Source: Trueperaceae bacterium (lineage in GTDB: Bacteria; Deinococcota; Deinococci; Deinococcales; Trueperaceae). Taken from it: a stretch of DNA of 29,018 bases. The position numbers and the translations under genes are program-made. Below, piece after piece: positions 17,735 through 25,419 of this stretch (its first letter is position 1; every line of letters begins with the position of its first letter). The stretch is from positions 1 through 29,018 of the forward strand of contig JBBDRK010000081.1 of the NCBI GenBank assembly GCA_040905465.1. The letters run 5' to 3'. The notes beneath the pieces are model-generated. The model was not told where the DNA came from, made no database searches, and saw nothing but the letters and a program-made list of their open reading frames with translations.

Positions 17735-19494
17735 GCGGTCTTCCGCGGCTGGCGCTCCTGCTGGCACTCTGCCTGGCGACGGTTAGCGCACAGAACACGC
17801 TCAGGGACATCGGCGGCTACGACGTCGTGGTGGTGGGCTCCGAACCGGAGGCCATCGCCGCGGCGGTAGCCGCCGCCGAAGCGGGCGCCGTCACCCTGCT
17901 GGTGAGCGAGGACTCGCGGCTGGGCGGACTCTTCGTGCTCGGCCAACTCAACGTCCTGGACCTGCGAACTCAGCCCGTCAACCTGCAGCAGGGGTTGTTC
18001 GCGCGCTGGTGGCGGACGGTTGGCGGTAGCCACTCGTTCGACGTGGTGCGTGCCGAGAGCGCGTTTCGGGAGATGCTCGAGCGTGCCGGCGTGGAGGTTC
18101 GCCTGGGCGCCGCTCCGATCTCCCCGGTAGTCGAGAACGGGCGAGTCATCGGGGTACGCTCCGGCGGCGTAGCAGTGGCGGCGCACCAGGTGATAGACGG
18201 TACCGCGGAGATGGATTTCGGGGCGGCGGCCGGAGCCGGCTACAGCATCGGCTTCTCTTCGCTGGGGCTGGCCGAACGGATGGTCGATACCCTGGTGTTC
18301 CGAATCGACGGCGTCGACTGGCAGGCGCTGCGCAGCGGAATCATCGAGCGCGGCCGTTCCTATGCGACGGTAGACGACCGGGTCGCATGGGGACACTTCG
18401 GCGGCTACCCCGCGCGGTACCAGCCTCACGAGGACGGTCTCAGGCTACGCGGCCTCAATCTCGGCCTGCAGGACGACGGCAGCGTCCTGGTGAACGCCCT
18501 GCTCATACACGGCATCGACCCTTTCGACCCTGAGAGCGTTGCCGACGGTCGCGCCAGGGCCGAGCGCGAGGCGCCGCGGGTGGTGGCCTACCTTGCCCGG
18601 GAGCTCCCCGGCTTCGCGTCGGCGAGCTATGCCGGCGCAGCGGAGCGCCTCTACATCCGGGAGAGCAGGCACCTCGAGGCGCGCTGCACCCTCACCGCCG
18701 ACGACGTACTCGACCACCGCGTAAGCGATCTCGACGTCGCGGCGGGCGGCTACCCGCTCGACGTGCAGGTGCTCACGCCATTCGATTCCGGGTACGTGTT
18801 CGGGGCACCGGAGATCTATGGGGTGCGCCTGTGCGTCACCGTCCCGCTTGCCCTCGACGGCCTGTGGGTGGTGGGCAAGGCGGCGGGATACGACCCGATC
18901 GCTGCCTCCAGCGCCCGGGTAGTGCCGTTCGGGATGAACGTGGCGGAAGCGGCGGGGTTGGCGGCCGCCTCGGCGGCCAGGCAGGACCGCCTGCCGGCCG
19001 AACTGGTGGCCGACCCCCGGGCTGTTCGCGAGCTGCGCTCGCAACTTATGGAGCGCGGCGCTTACTTGCCGGCCGTCGCCGAGCGCGAGCCGGCGGGTCC
19101 GGCCGATCACCCGCATTACCGGGCGTACCGGCTGATGCTGAGCCGCGGGCTGGCCGTGGGCGGTTACGGCAACGACCCGGGACTCGACGCGCCCGTTTCG
19201 GCGCTTAGTTACGTCTACTTGTTGAGCAACGTTCTGACCCGCTTCTTCGCGGAGCCCGACGTCGGGCGTGAGCTGGTCGCCAGTGTCGGCACGCCCGAGG
19301 GTCCTCTCACTCTGGGCATGGCGGTCGAGCTTACCCGCTTGGTCGGCTGCCGTATCGGGCGCTGCATCGTGGCGGGATCGGACGCCCTGGCGGGCTCGGT
19401 CGCCGGTCCCCGTGAACTGGAACTGACCCGCGGTCAGGCCTACGCCCTGGCGGCAGACCTGGTGCTGGCGAACGAGCTGGCCGACACCCGTTGA
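17731..19494 (+). CDS. Exported FAD-dependent oxidoreductase (FAD_oxidored-like)
   Basis: GTG at 17731 overlaps the upstream stop (GTGA). Signal peptide RLALLLALCLATVSA; YDVVVVGSEPE..AAAVAAA, IDGT, LYIRESRH and ASSARVVP. The ORF-track start at 17302 is too long. Confidence 0.85.
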   Translation: MSGLPRLALLLALCLATVSAQNTLRDIGGYDVVVVGSEPEAIAAAVAAAEAGAVTLLVSEDSRLGGLFVLGQLNVLDLRTQPVNLQQGLFARWWRTVGGSHSFDVVRAESAFREMLERAGVEVRLGAAPISPVVENGRVIGVRSGGVAVAAHQVIDGTAEMDFGAAAGAGYSIGFSSLGLAERMVDTLVFRIDGVDWQALRSGIIERGRSYATVDDRVAWGHFGGYPARYQPHEDGLRLRGLNLGLQDDGSVLVNALLIHGIDPFDPESVADGRARAEREAPRVVAYLARELPGFASASYAGAAERLYIRESRHLEARCTLTADDVLDHRVSDLDVAAGGYPLDVQVLTPFDSGYVFGAPEIYGVRLCVTVPLALDGLWVVGKAAGYDPIAASSARVVPFGMNVAEAAGLAAASAARQDRLPAELVADPRAVRELRSQLMERGAYLPAVAEREPAGPADHPHYRAYRLMLSRGLAVGGYGNDPGLDAPVSALSYVYLLSNVLTRFFAEPDVGRELVASVGTPEGPLTLGMAVELTRLVGCRIGRCIVAGSDALAGSVAGPRELELTRGQAYALAADLVLANELADTR

Positions 19495-19534
19495 CAACCG
19501 ATGTTGCAGTCGCCGCTTTGCGGGGAGGCGCGGT

Positions 19535-20728
19535 TCAGGAGAGGGTGTCCACGAACTGGCGGGCGGTGCGTCCCGAGTAACCGTTCCCCCACTCGGCGAA
19601 GCGGATGGCTTCGCCGTCGAGCCGACCGTCGGCCGCCTCGATCCCCCGGAACCGGGCCAGCTCGCGCACCATTACCAGGTAGTGGCGCTGGTCGGCGGGC
19701 GGAAAAGTGACGAGCAGGCCGAAACGGTCCGACAGCGCCAGCCGTTCGTTGGTCGTGTCCCAGGCGTGGACGTCATCGTTCTCCGGCATCGGCCGATCGG
19801 CAAGGCTCTCCCGAACCAGGTGCCGGCGGTTGCTGGTGGCCACCAACAGCACGTTGCCTGGCCGCTCCACCAGGCTTCCTTCGAGGAGCGTCTTGAGCGG
19901 CCGGTAGCCGCTGTCGCCGGATTCGAAGGCGAGGTCGTCGATGAACGCCAGGAACCGGTGCGGGGAACCGCGCAGCGCTTCAGCAAGCTCGGGCAGTTCG
20001 CCGAGCGACTCCGGGCCGACCTCGACCAGCCGCAGCCCGTCGCCGCGGTAGCGGGCGAGCAGCGAGCGGACCGCGGTGGACTTGCCGCTGCCCCGGGGAC
20101 CGTAGAGCAGCGTGTGCAGCACCGGCGCACCCGCGAGGAACCGCTCCACGTTGCCGGTCAGGCGCTCGAGCTGGCGCTCGAGTCCCACGAGCTCCTCTAG
20201 CCGGTCACGCGCCGGCCGCTCGAGCCCCTCGAGTCTCCCCCCGCGCCAGCGAAACGCGCCGTGACGCGCCAGCAGCCCCGTCCCGCAGGCTCGGTAGCGA
20301 CCGAGCAATGCGTCCAGCAGCGCCTCCGGCTCCTCGCCGAGGACGCCCGACGCCCACGACTCAAGATCGCCCGGCGGCGCCAACTCTTGCAGTGGCGCCA
20401 GCTCCCGGCCGGTGGCCGCCTGGGCCAGCGCCTGCCAGTCCCGGTCGAGCCGCGTGCGCAGGAGCCCGAGGTCGAGCAGCGCCGCTCGCCGCAGGCCGGA
20501 GGGTAACGAGCCGTCGCGGCGGGCCAGCACCTCTTCCCCGCTGCACAACGCCTCGGCCGCCGCGACAGCGAGCGACGCGTGACCGGCCCTTACCAGCTCC
20601 GCCACCAGCGACGAGTAGGCGTTGGCGACAGCCCGCGACTCACCCTCGTCGAGCGCTCTCTCCAGCTCGTCCAACGTCCGCCACCAGGCGCACTCGGCCA
20701 TCCCTTCGAACACGTAGCAACCTATCAA
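19535..20728 (-). CDS. DUF815-type AAA+ ATPase
   Basis: Walker A GPRGSGKST, Walker B FIDDLAF, LKTLLEG, ATSNRRHLV, LSDRFGL and SGRTARQF. Likely TTG start at 20728 overlaps the patatin stop; ATG at 20701 is the alternative. Confidence 0.88.
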   Translation of the reverse strand: MIGCYVFEGMAECAWWRTLDELERALDEGESRAVANAYSSLVAELVRAGHASLAVAAAEALCSGEEVLARRDGSLPSGLRRAALLDLGLLRTRLDRDWQALAQAATGRELAPLQELAPPGDLESWASGVLGEEPEALLDALLGRYRACGTGLLARHGAFRWRGGRLEGLERPARDRLEELVGLERQLERLTGNVERFLAGAPVLHTLLYGPRGSGKSTAVRSLLARYRGDGLRLVEVGPESLGELPELAEALRGSPHRFLAFIDDLAFESGDSGYRPLKTLLEGSLVERPGNVLLVATSNRRHLVRESLADRPMPENDDVHAWDTTNERLALSDRFGLLVTFPPADQRHYLVMVRELARFRGIEAADGRLDGEAIRFAEWGNGYSGRTARQFVDTLS

Positions 20729-21621
20729 GTCTCTATCCTTCCCGTGGCCCGGCCGAGGCCGAGCCGGTGCCGGTCGAGGGCCGCTCGCATGGCCGCTTCC
20801 CCGGCGGCTATCGCCTCGGGAGAACGGTGGAAGTCCCACCAGCTCAGCGGCGGATCGGCGCGTACCAGCATGGCCCCGGCCGGAACCGTCTGATCACAAA
20901 GGTACGACGCCAGGGCGCACGAGATCCCACGGGCAAGGCTGCGCATCGATGTCGACGGAACCGTCCGCCTGGTAGCGCGCGCCCAGGCCGCTCCTATCCG
21001 CGAGGCCGCCAGCTTCCTCAACGCCGCGATCATGGCAGAACTCTCGGCGTCGACCCCGGCATGGATACCGATTATCGCGTCGGGCCGGAGCGACTCCAGC
21101 GCCCTGAAAGGGACCGCCTCGACGAACCCTCCGTCTATCAGCACCCGCCCGTTCAGGCGAACCGGCGCGAACAGAGCCGGCAGCGCCGAGGAGGCGACTA
21201 CCGCCCTGGCGAGCGAACCCTCGCGCAGGACCACCAGGCTGCCGTCGGCCACATCGGTGCAAGCCACGGCCAACGGCAGCAGGCAGTCGGCGAAGGTAGC
21301 GCCGAAGAATACTTTGCGGTCGAGCCACCGTTCCAGGCGCCGGCCGTGGATGAGGCTCGCCCGATGAAGCCCGAAATCGAGGCTCGTCGACCAGAGCTCC
21401 AGGATGTTCTGCCGTCTCACCAGCTGCTCGAGCTCGACCGCCGGCGTCCCCATGGCGTAGAGCGCAGCGATTATGGCGCCGTAGGAGGTACCGGAGAGGA
21501 CGCGCGGAGCCATGTCCCGCGACTCCAGCACCTTCAAGGCACCGATATGGGCGAGTCCGCGAGCGGTTCCGCCCCCGAGCGCCACCCCCAACCGGGACGC
21601 AGCAGGGCCATCTGCCGTCAT
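20725..21621 (-). CDS. Patatin-like phospholipase
   Basis: GGGTARGLAHIG, GTSYG (GxSxG), ASSALP and DGG all intact. Confidence 0.93.
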   Translation of the reverse strand: MTADGPAASRLGVALGGGTARGLAHIGALKVLESRDMAPRVLSGTSYGAIIAALYAMGTPAVELEQLVRRQNILELWSTSLDFGLHRASLIHGRRLERWLDRKVFFGATFADCLLPLAVACTDVADGSLVVLREGSLARAVVASSALPALFAPVRLNGRVLIDGGFVEAVPFRALESLRPDAIIGIHAGVDAESSAMIAALRKLAASRIGAAWARATRRTVPSTSMRSLARGISCALASYLCDQTVPAGAMLVRADPPLSWWDFHRSPEAIAAGEAAMRAALDRHRLGLGRATGRIET

Positions 21622-21714
21622 GGCGCATGGTACCCCAGCGAACCCCGGAACGGTCTCGCAAGGCAGGGCTCAACGACTGCCGGGGCCAATGCGCGAGTGT
21701 TAGCATTGTCCGCG

Positions 21715-23565
21715 ATGGCAGCCATCTATCAGAGCGCCCGGCCGGCGACATTTGCCGAAGTCGTTGGTCAGGATCACGTCAAGGACGTGCTTTTGGCCGC
21801 ACTGCAGCGCGGCCGCGCCAGCCACGCCTACCTCTTCTCGGGTCCGCGCGGGGTGGGCAAGACCACCACGGCACGGCTGCTGGCCATGGCGCTGAACTGC
21901 GAGGCGGACGCTGCTTCGGTCCGGCCCTGCGGCAGCTGTGACGGGTGCCGGATGGTACGCGAGGGCCACCATCCCGATGTCATCGAGCTCGACGCCGCCT
22001 CCAACAACTCGGTCGACGACGTGCGAGAGTTGCGTGAGAAGACCAACCTTGCCTCGATGCGCGGCGGCAGCCGGGTGTGGATCCTCGACGAGGCTCACAT
22101 GCTCAGTCGCCCCGCCGCCAATGCCCTGCTCAAGACGCTGGAGGAGCCACCGCCGGGGTTGGTGTTCATCCTGGCGACGACCGAGCCGGAGAAGCTGCCG
22201 CCTACGGTGCTGTCGCGCTGCCAGCACTTCAGGTTCCGGCGCCTGGCCGAGGCGGAGATCCTCGGGAAGCTCGAGCGGCTGTGCCGCGAGGCGGTGGTCG
22301 AAGCGGAGACGGAAGCGCTGGCGTTGGTGGCCAGGGCGGCAGACGGAGCGATGCGCGACGCCGAATCGCTGCTCGAGCGGCTGCTGACCCCGGGTTCGAC
22401 CATCACGCTGGCCTCCGCCGAGGAGGCGCTCGGCCTGCCACCGGTGCACCGCATGCAGCGACTGGCGACGGCGCTCGCCGAAGCAGATCTGGCCTCGCTG
22501 CTGAGCGAGGCCGAGGCGCTCTACCGGGACGGATTCGCGCCCCGGAGCCTGGCCGAGAACCTTGGGACGGTCCTGCGTGACGCCCTGCGCACCGACGTGA
22601 TAGGGGCAGACGTGATCCGGGCAGACGTGATCCGGGCAGATGTGGTCGGGGCAGATGTTGCCGGCGCGCCGGCGGCATTTCGGCTTCCGCTCGAGCGCGC
22701 CGCCCTGATGCGCCTGATTCACGCCCTGGACGACGAGCAGGATCGGTTCATTCGCCGCGACGACCTCTACAGCCTCGAGGTCGCGCTGATAAAGGGCGTG
22801 AACTCGCTCACCACTTCTGCCGGCGGCGGGACAACGACGGAGGCTGCGCAATCGGCGGGACACGCGGAACAGGCGGCAACGCGTCAGGCACCTGGACAGT
22901 CGGCGCCGGCCAGGCAGACTGGGGCGAGGCAGGCAGAGCCGCGTCAGGCAGCGGTAGGGCAGGCAGCGGTAGGGCCGGCAGAGGCGAAGCAGGCAGCGGA
23001 AGGGTCGGCGCAGGCACGGAAGGCAGATGCGGAGCCGGTGCCGGCGCGGGAGGCTGGTGCCGTCCGGCAGCCGGCGACGCCCGAGCCGGCACGGCACAAA
23101 GCGCAACCGGCACGGCACAAAGCGCAAAAGGTGCCACAGCAACCTACGGCGGACGCGAGCGCGCAACCGGGCGAGCTGCCGTCTTTCGATCCCACCGGAC
23201 GCGCTCCCAACCCCGCTGCCAAACCCGCTGCCAAACCTGCCGCGCGCCCGTCGGCGAGTGAGCAGGCAGCAGACACCAAGGGCGCCAGCGGCGGCGAAGC
23301 CTCCGGAGACGCGCCACGGAAACGGCTCGACTGGCACAAGGTACGCAGCGCAGCCGGCCCGCAGCTCAAGGCCTTCCTGATGCCGGCCCGCGAGAGCGTG
23401 GAAGGAACCGACGTCACCATCCGCTACGCCGAAATGCACAAGTTCCACTTCACGGAGCTGAAGAAGCGCGAGAGCGAACTGGCAAGGCTGATCGAGGAGA
23501 TCGGCGGACCCGGGTACCGGCTACGCATCGAAGGGCCTGGCGAAGACACCGCAAAAAAGTCCTGA
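21715..23565 (+). CDS. dnaX: DNA polymerase III subunit gamma/tau, zero-frame product (616 aa)
   Basis: MAAIYQSARP..F.EVVGQ, HAYLFSGPRGVGKTT, Zn cysteines, ELDAAS, DEAHML, LLKTLEEP and SRC. The ORF-track start at 20308 is spurious. Confidence 0.96.
   Translation: MAAIYQSARPATFAEVVGQDHVKDVLLAALQRGRASHAYLFSGPRGVGKTTTARLLAMALNCEADAASVRPCGSCDGCRMVREGHHPDVIELDAASNNSVDDVRELREKTNLASMRGGSRVWILDEAHMLSRPAANALLKTLEEPPPGLVFILATTEPEKLPPTVLSRCQHFRFRRLAEAEILGKLERLCREAVVEAETEALALVARAADGAMRDAESLLERLLTPGSTITLASAEEALGLPPVHRMQRLATALAEADLASLLSEAEALYRDGFAPRSLAENLGTVLRDALRTDVIGADVIRADVIRADVVGADVAGAPAAFRLPLERAALMRLIHALDDEQDRFIRRDDLYSLEVALIKGVNSLTTSAGGGTTTEAAQSAGHAEQAATRQAPGQSAPARQTGARQAEPRQAAVGQAAVGPAEAKQAAEGSAQARKADAEPVPAREAGAVRQPATPEPARHKAQPARHKAQKVPQQPTADASAQPGELPSFDPTGRAPNPAAKPAAKPAARPSASEQAADTKGASGGEASGDAPRKRLDWHKVRSAAGPQLKAFLMPARESVEGTDVTIRYAEMHKFHFTELKKRESELARLIEEIGGPGYRLRIEGPGEDTAKKS
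22591..22665 (+). repeat. Five in-frame 15-bp tandem units in dnaX (TDVIG ADVIR ADVIR ADVVG ADVAG)
   Basis: GCAGACGTGATCCGG occurs exactly at 22606 and 22621, with degenerate copies either side. Confidence 0.85.
22870..23244 (+). repeat. Low-complexity dnaX linker with 15-, 21- and 12-bp repeats
   Basis: CAGGCAGCGGTAGGG-like units; exact 21-bp duplication CCGGCACGGCACAAAGCGCAA at 23086 and 23107; three AAACCCGCTGCC-like units. Confidence 0.75.
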
Positions 23566-23588
23566 CGGGGCGCGCCCAGCCGGCCGTC
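23553..23588 (+). promoter_or_regulatory. Putative programmed -1 ribosomal frameshift signal in dnaX
   Basis: In-phase A AAA AAG at 23553-23559, followed by a hairpin: GACGG (23564-68) / CCGTC (23584-88) with inner GGC/GCC. Confidence 0.8.
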
Positions 23589-24278
23589 CCGCAAGAAGCC
23601 CCGGCGGTCTCCTCCACCCCCGAGCAGGAGTCGGCGGTGGGCCCGGACGCCTTGCCGGCGCGCGAGCCGGCGGCGGATTCGGAAGCTGCCCAGCCGCACG
23701 AGCCGGCGGCGGACTCGAATGCTCCCCAGGTCCGCGAGCCGGCGACGGACTCCGAGCCGGCTCGCGGCCGCGCGCCTGTAGCGCCGGCCACTTCGAACCG
23801 TGCACGAGCGGCGAGGGGTTCCCCGGCTCGCGAACCTGCAGCGGAAACGCCGGGGCCCACCCCTGAAGAAGACACGATGCTCGCGGAGGGCGAGCGCTAT
23901 GTGGAAGAGGAGTTGCCGCCCGGCTTCTGGGAGCAGGACCCTGCGCCGAAGCCACGGGGCGCCTCCCGACCGAAGCCGGCGTCCCGGGCTGCAACCGCGG
24001 ACGAGGAGGCGCCGGCCCCCGAATACGCGCCCGCGGACTACATGACCCACGAGGACACGGTCCCTGAGGCTGAGGCTGAGGCCGCGACCCCCGAGGACAC
24101 CGCCTTCGCGACACTCCAGCAGCTCTTCCCCGGTCGCGTGATCGCCGTAGAGTCGCTGGCGGAGGACTCACTGGCGAGCGAAGACGACCCGGCTGAGCCG
24201 GGATCACTGGAGGCGCCCGAGGCGCCGCAGTCCGGAGAAGGGATTGCCGACGAGGCGGGCGACCAGTTGGAACCCTGA
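23559..24278 (+). CDS. dnaX: -1 frame C-terminal extension of DnaX (239 aa; fused product about 854 aa)
   Basis: Frame is open from the slip site (VLTGRAQPAV...) through ORF 23637..24278. No SD or -10 box seen for an independent start. Acidic linker plus a FATLQQLFPGRVIAVE segment resembling tau C-termini. Confidence 0.75.
   Translation, partial: VLTGRAQPAVPQEAPAVSSTPEQESAVGPDALPAREPAADSEAAQPHEPAADSNAPQVREPATDSEPARGRAPVAPATSNRARAARGSPAREPAAETPGPTPEEDTMLAEGERYVEEELPPGFWEQDPAPKPRGASRPKPASRAATADEEAPAPEYAPADYMTHEDTVPEAEAEAATPEDTAFATLQQLFPGRVIAVESLAEDSLASEDDPAEPGSLEAPEAPQSGEGIADEAGDQLEP
23664..23771 (+). repeat. Three 36-bp units (EPAA/TDS...) in the dnaX extension
   Basis: GAGCCGGCG(G/A)CGGA(T/C)TC at 23664, 23700 and 23736. 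Confidence 0.75.
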
Positions 24279-24320
24279 GGAACCGGACCGCTGTGCGCTC
24301 CGGGGTACACTTGCCGAACT

Positions 24321-24641
24321 ATGAACATCCAGAAACTCATGAAAGAAGCACAAAAGGCGCAGCAGAAGATGCAGGAAGCGCAGGAGCGCCTGGCGTCGAT
24401 GCATGTCGAAGGCAGCGCCGGGGGCGGCATGGTCACGGCAACCGCCAACGGTGAGGGTACGATCACGGGCGTGAAGATCGATCCAGGGGTGGTCGATCCG
24501 GCGGACGTAGACATGCTCGAGGATCTGGTTTCCGCCGCGGTGGGCGACGCCCAGCGCAAGGCCAAGGAGCTCCAGGAGAGCGAAATGGGCGAAGCGATGG
24601 GCGGCATGGGCGGAATGGGCGGCCTCGGGGGAATGTTCTGA
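24321..24641 (+). CDS. ybaB: YbaB/EbfC nucleoid-associated protein
   Basis: MNIQKLMKEAQ, GSAGGGMV and DVDMLEDLV; lies between dnaX and recR as usual. Confidence 0.95.
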   Translation: MNIQKLMKEAQKAQQKMQEAQERLASMHVEGSAGGGMVTATANGEGTITGVKIDPGVVDPADVDMLEDLVSAAVGDAQRKAKELQESEMGEAMGGMGGMGGLGGMF

Positions 24642-25234
24642 AGTACCCGCCGACCCTGATCAATCTGATCCGTGAGCTCGGCAGGTTACCAGGCATAGGA
24701 CCCAAAAGCGCCCAGCGTCTCGCATTCCACCTCTTCAACAGGCCCGACGACGAGGTACTCGGCCTCGCTCGCGCGATCGCCGAGGCCAAGGAGACGCTGG
24801 CTCGTTGCCCGGAGTGCTTCAACGTGATGACCCGGGGAGACGAACGCTGTTCGGTTTGTGCCGACGCGGCACGCGATCAAACGCTGCTGTGCGTGGTCGA
24901 GCAACCCGCCGACCTGCTGGCCATCGAACGAAGTGGAGAGTACAGCGGGCTCTACCACGTCCTGCACGGCGCCCTCTCGCCGATGAACGGCGTGGGCCCC
25001 GACCAGCTCACCATCGGCAAGCTGTTCGAACGATTGGAACCGACTCCGGAGGTAATTCTCGCTACCTCCACGACGGTAGAGGGCGAGGCCACAGCCATGT
25101 ACCTCGCTCGAGCTCTCGCCGAAAAGGGCCTGCGCGTCTCGCGCATCGCTTACGGCCTGCCGATGGGCGGAGACCTCGAATACGCCGACGAGGTGACGCT
25201 GGGTCGGGCGATAAGCCACCGCCGTCAGCTGTGA
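24638..25234 (+). CDS. recR: Recombination mediator RecR (198 aa, apparent CTG start)
   Basis: [34 protein letters not shown], C4 zinc finger, YHVLHG.LSP, EGEATA and EYADEVTL. The ORF track finds only an internal GTG at 24824. Confidence 0.93.
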   Translation: [198 protein letters not shown]

Positions 25235-25364
25235 ACGTACTTCACCGGGCAGCTAGGCTCCTCCCGTAACATCCCGAGATCCGCTGAACCGTTTAGACGA
25301 AGGCGTCGGTTCGACCGGCTGGTCGGGGTCCTCGTACCCACGGTCAGCCGCCGGGAACCGCGCC

Positions 25365-25392
25365 TTGACAAAAAACAAGTCCTCCGTATAAT
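25365..25392 (+). promoter_or_regulatory. Consensus sigma-70/SigA promoter of topA
   Basis: TTGACA (25365-70), 16 nt, TATAAT (25387-92); GAGGT SD before the GTG at 25420. Confidence 0.85.
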
Positions 25393-25419
25393 GACCGGCG
25401 TTTTCCGAGGTGACTATTT

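Noticed and set aside
20308-21714. 469-aa N-terminal extension of DnaX in the ORF track
   Set aside because: Overlaps the patatin and ATPase genes on the other strand; DnaX similarity begins at ATG 21715, after a TAGCAT box.
23637-24278. Independent 213-aa hypothetical gene
   Set aside because: No SD or -10 box at GTG 23637, and the frame is open back to the dnaX slip site, so it is better explained as a frameshift extension.
25235-25364. ncRNA (SRP RNA or tRNA) near the dnaX-recR cluster
   Set aside because: Only short GC hairpins; no SRP helix-8 motif or tRNA cloverleaf recognised.
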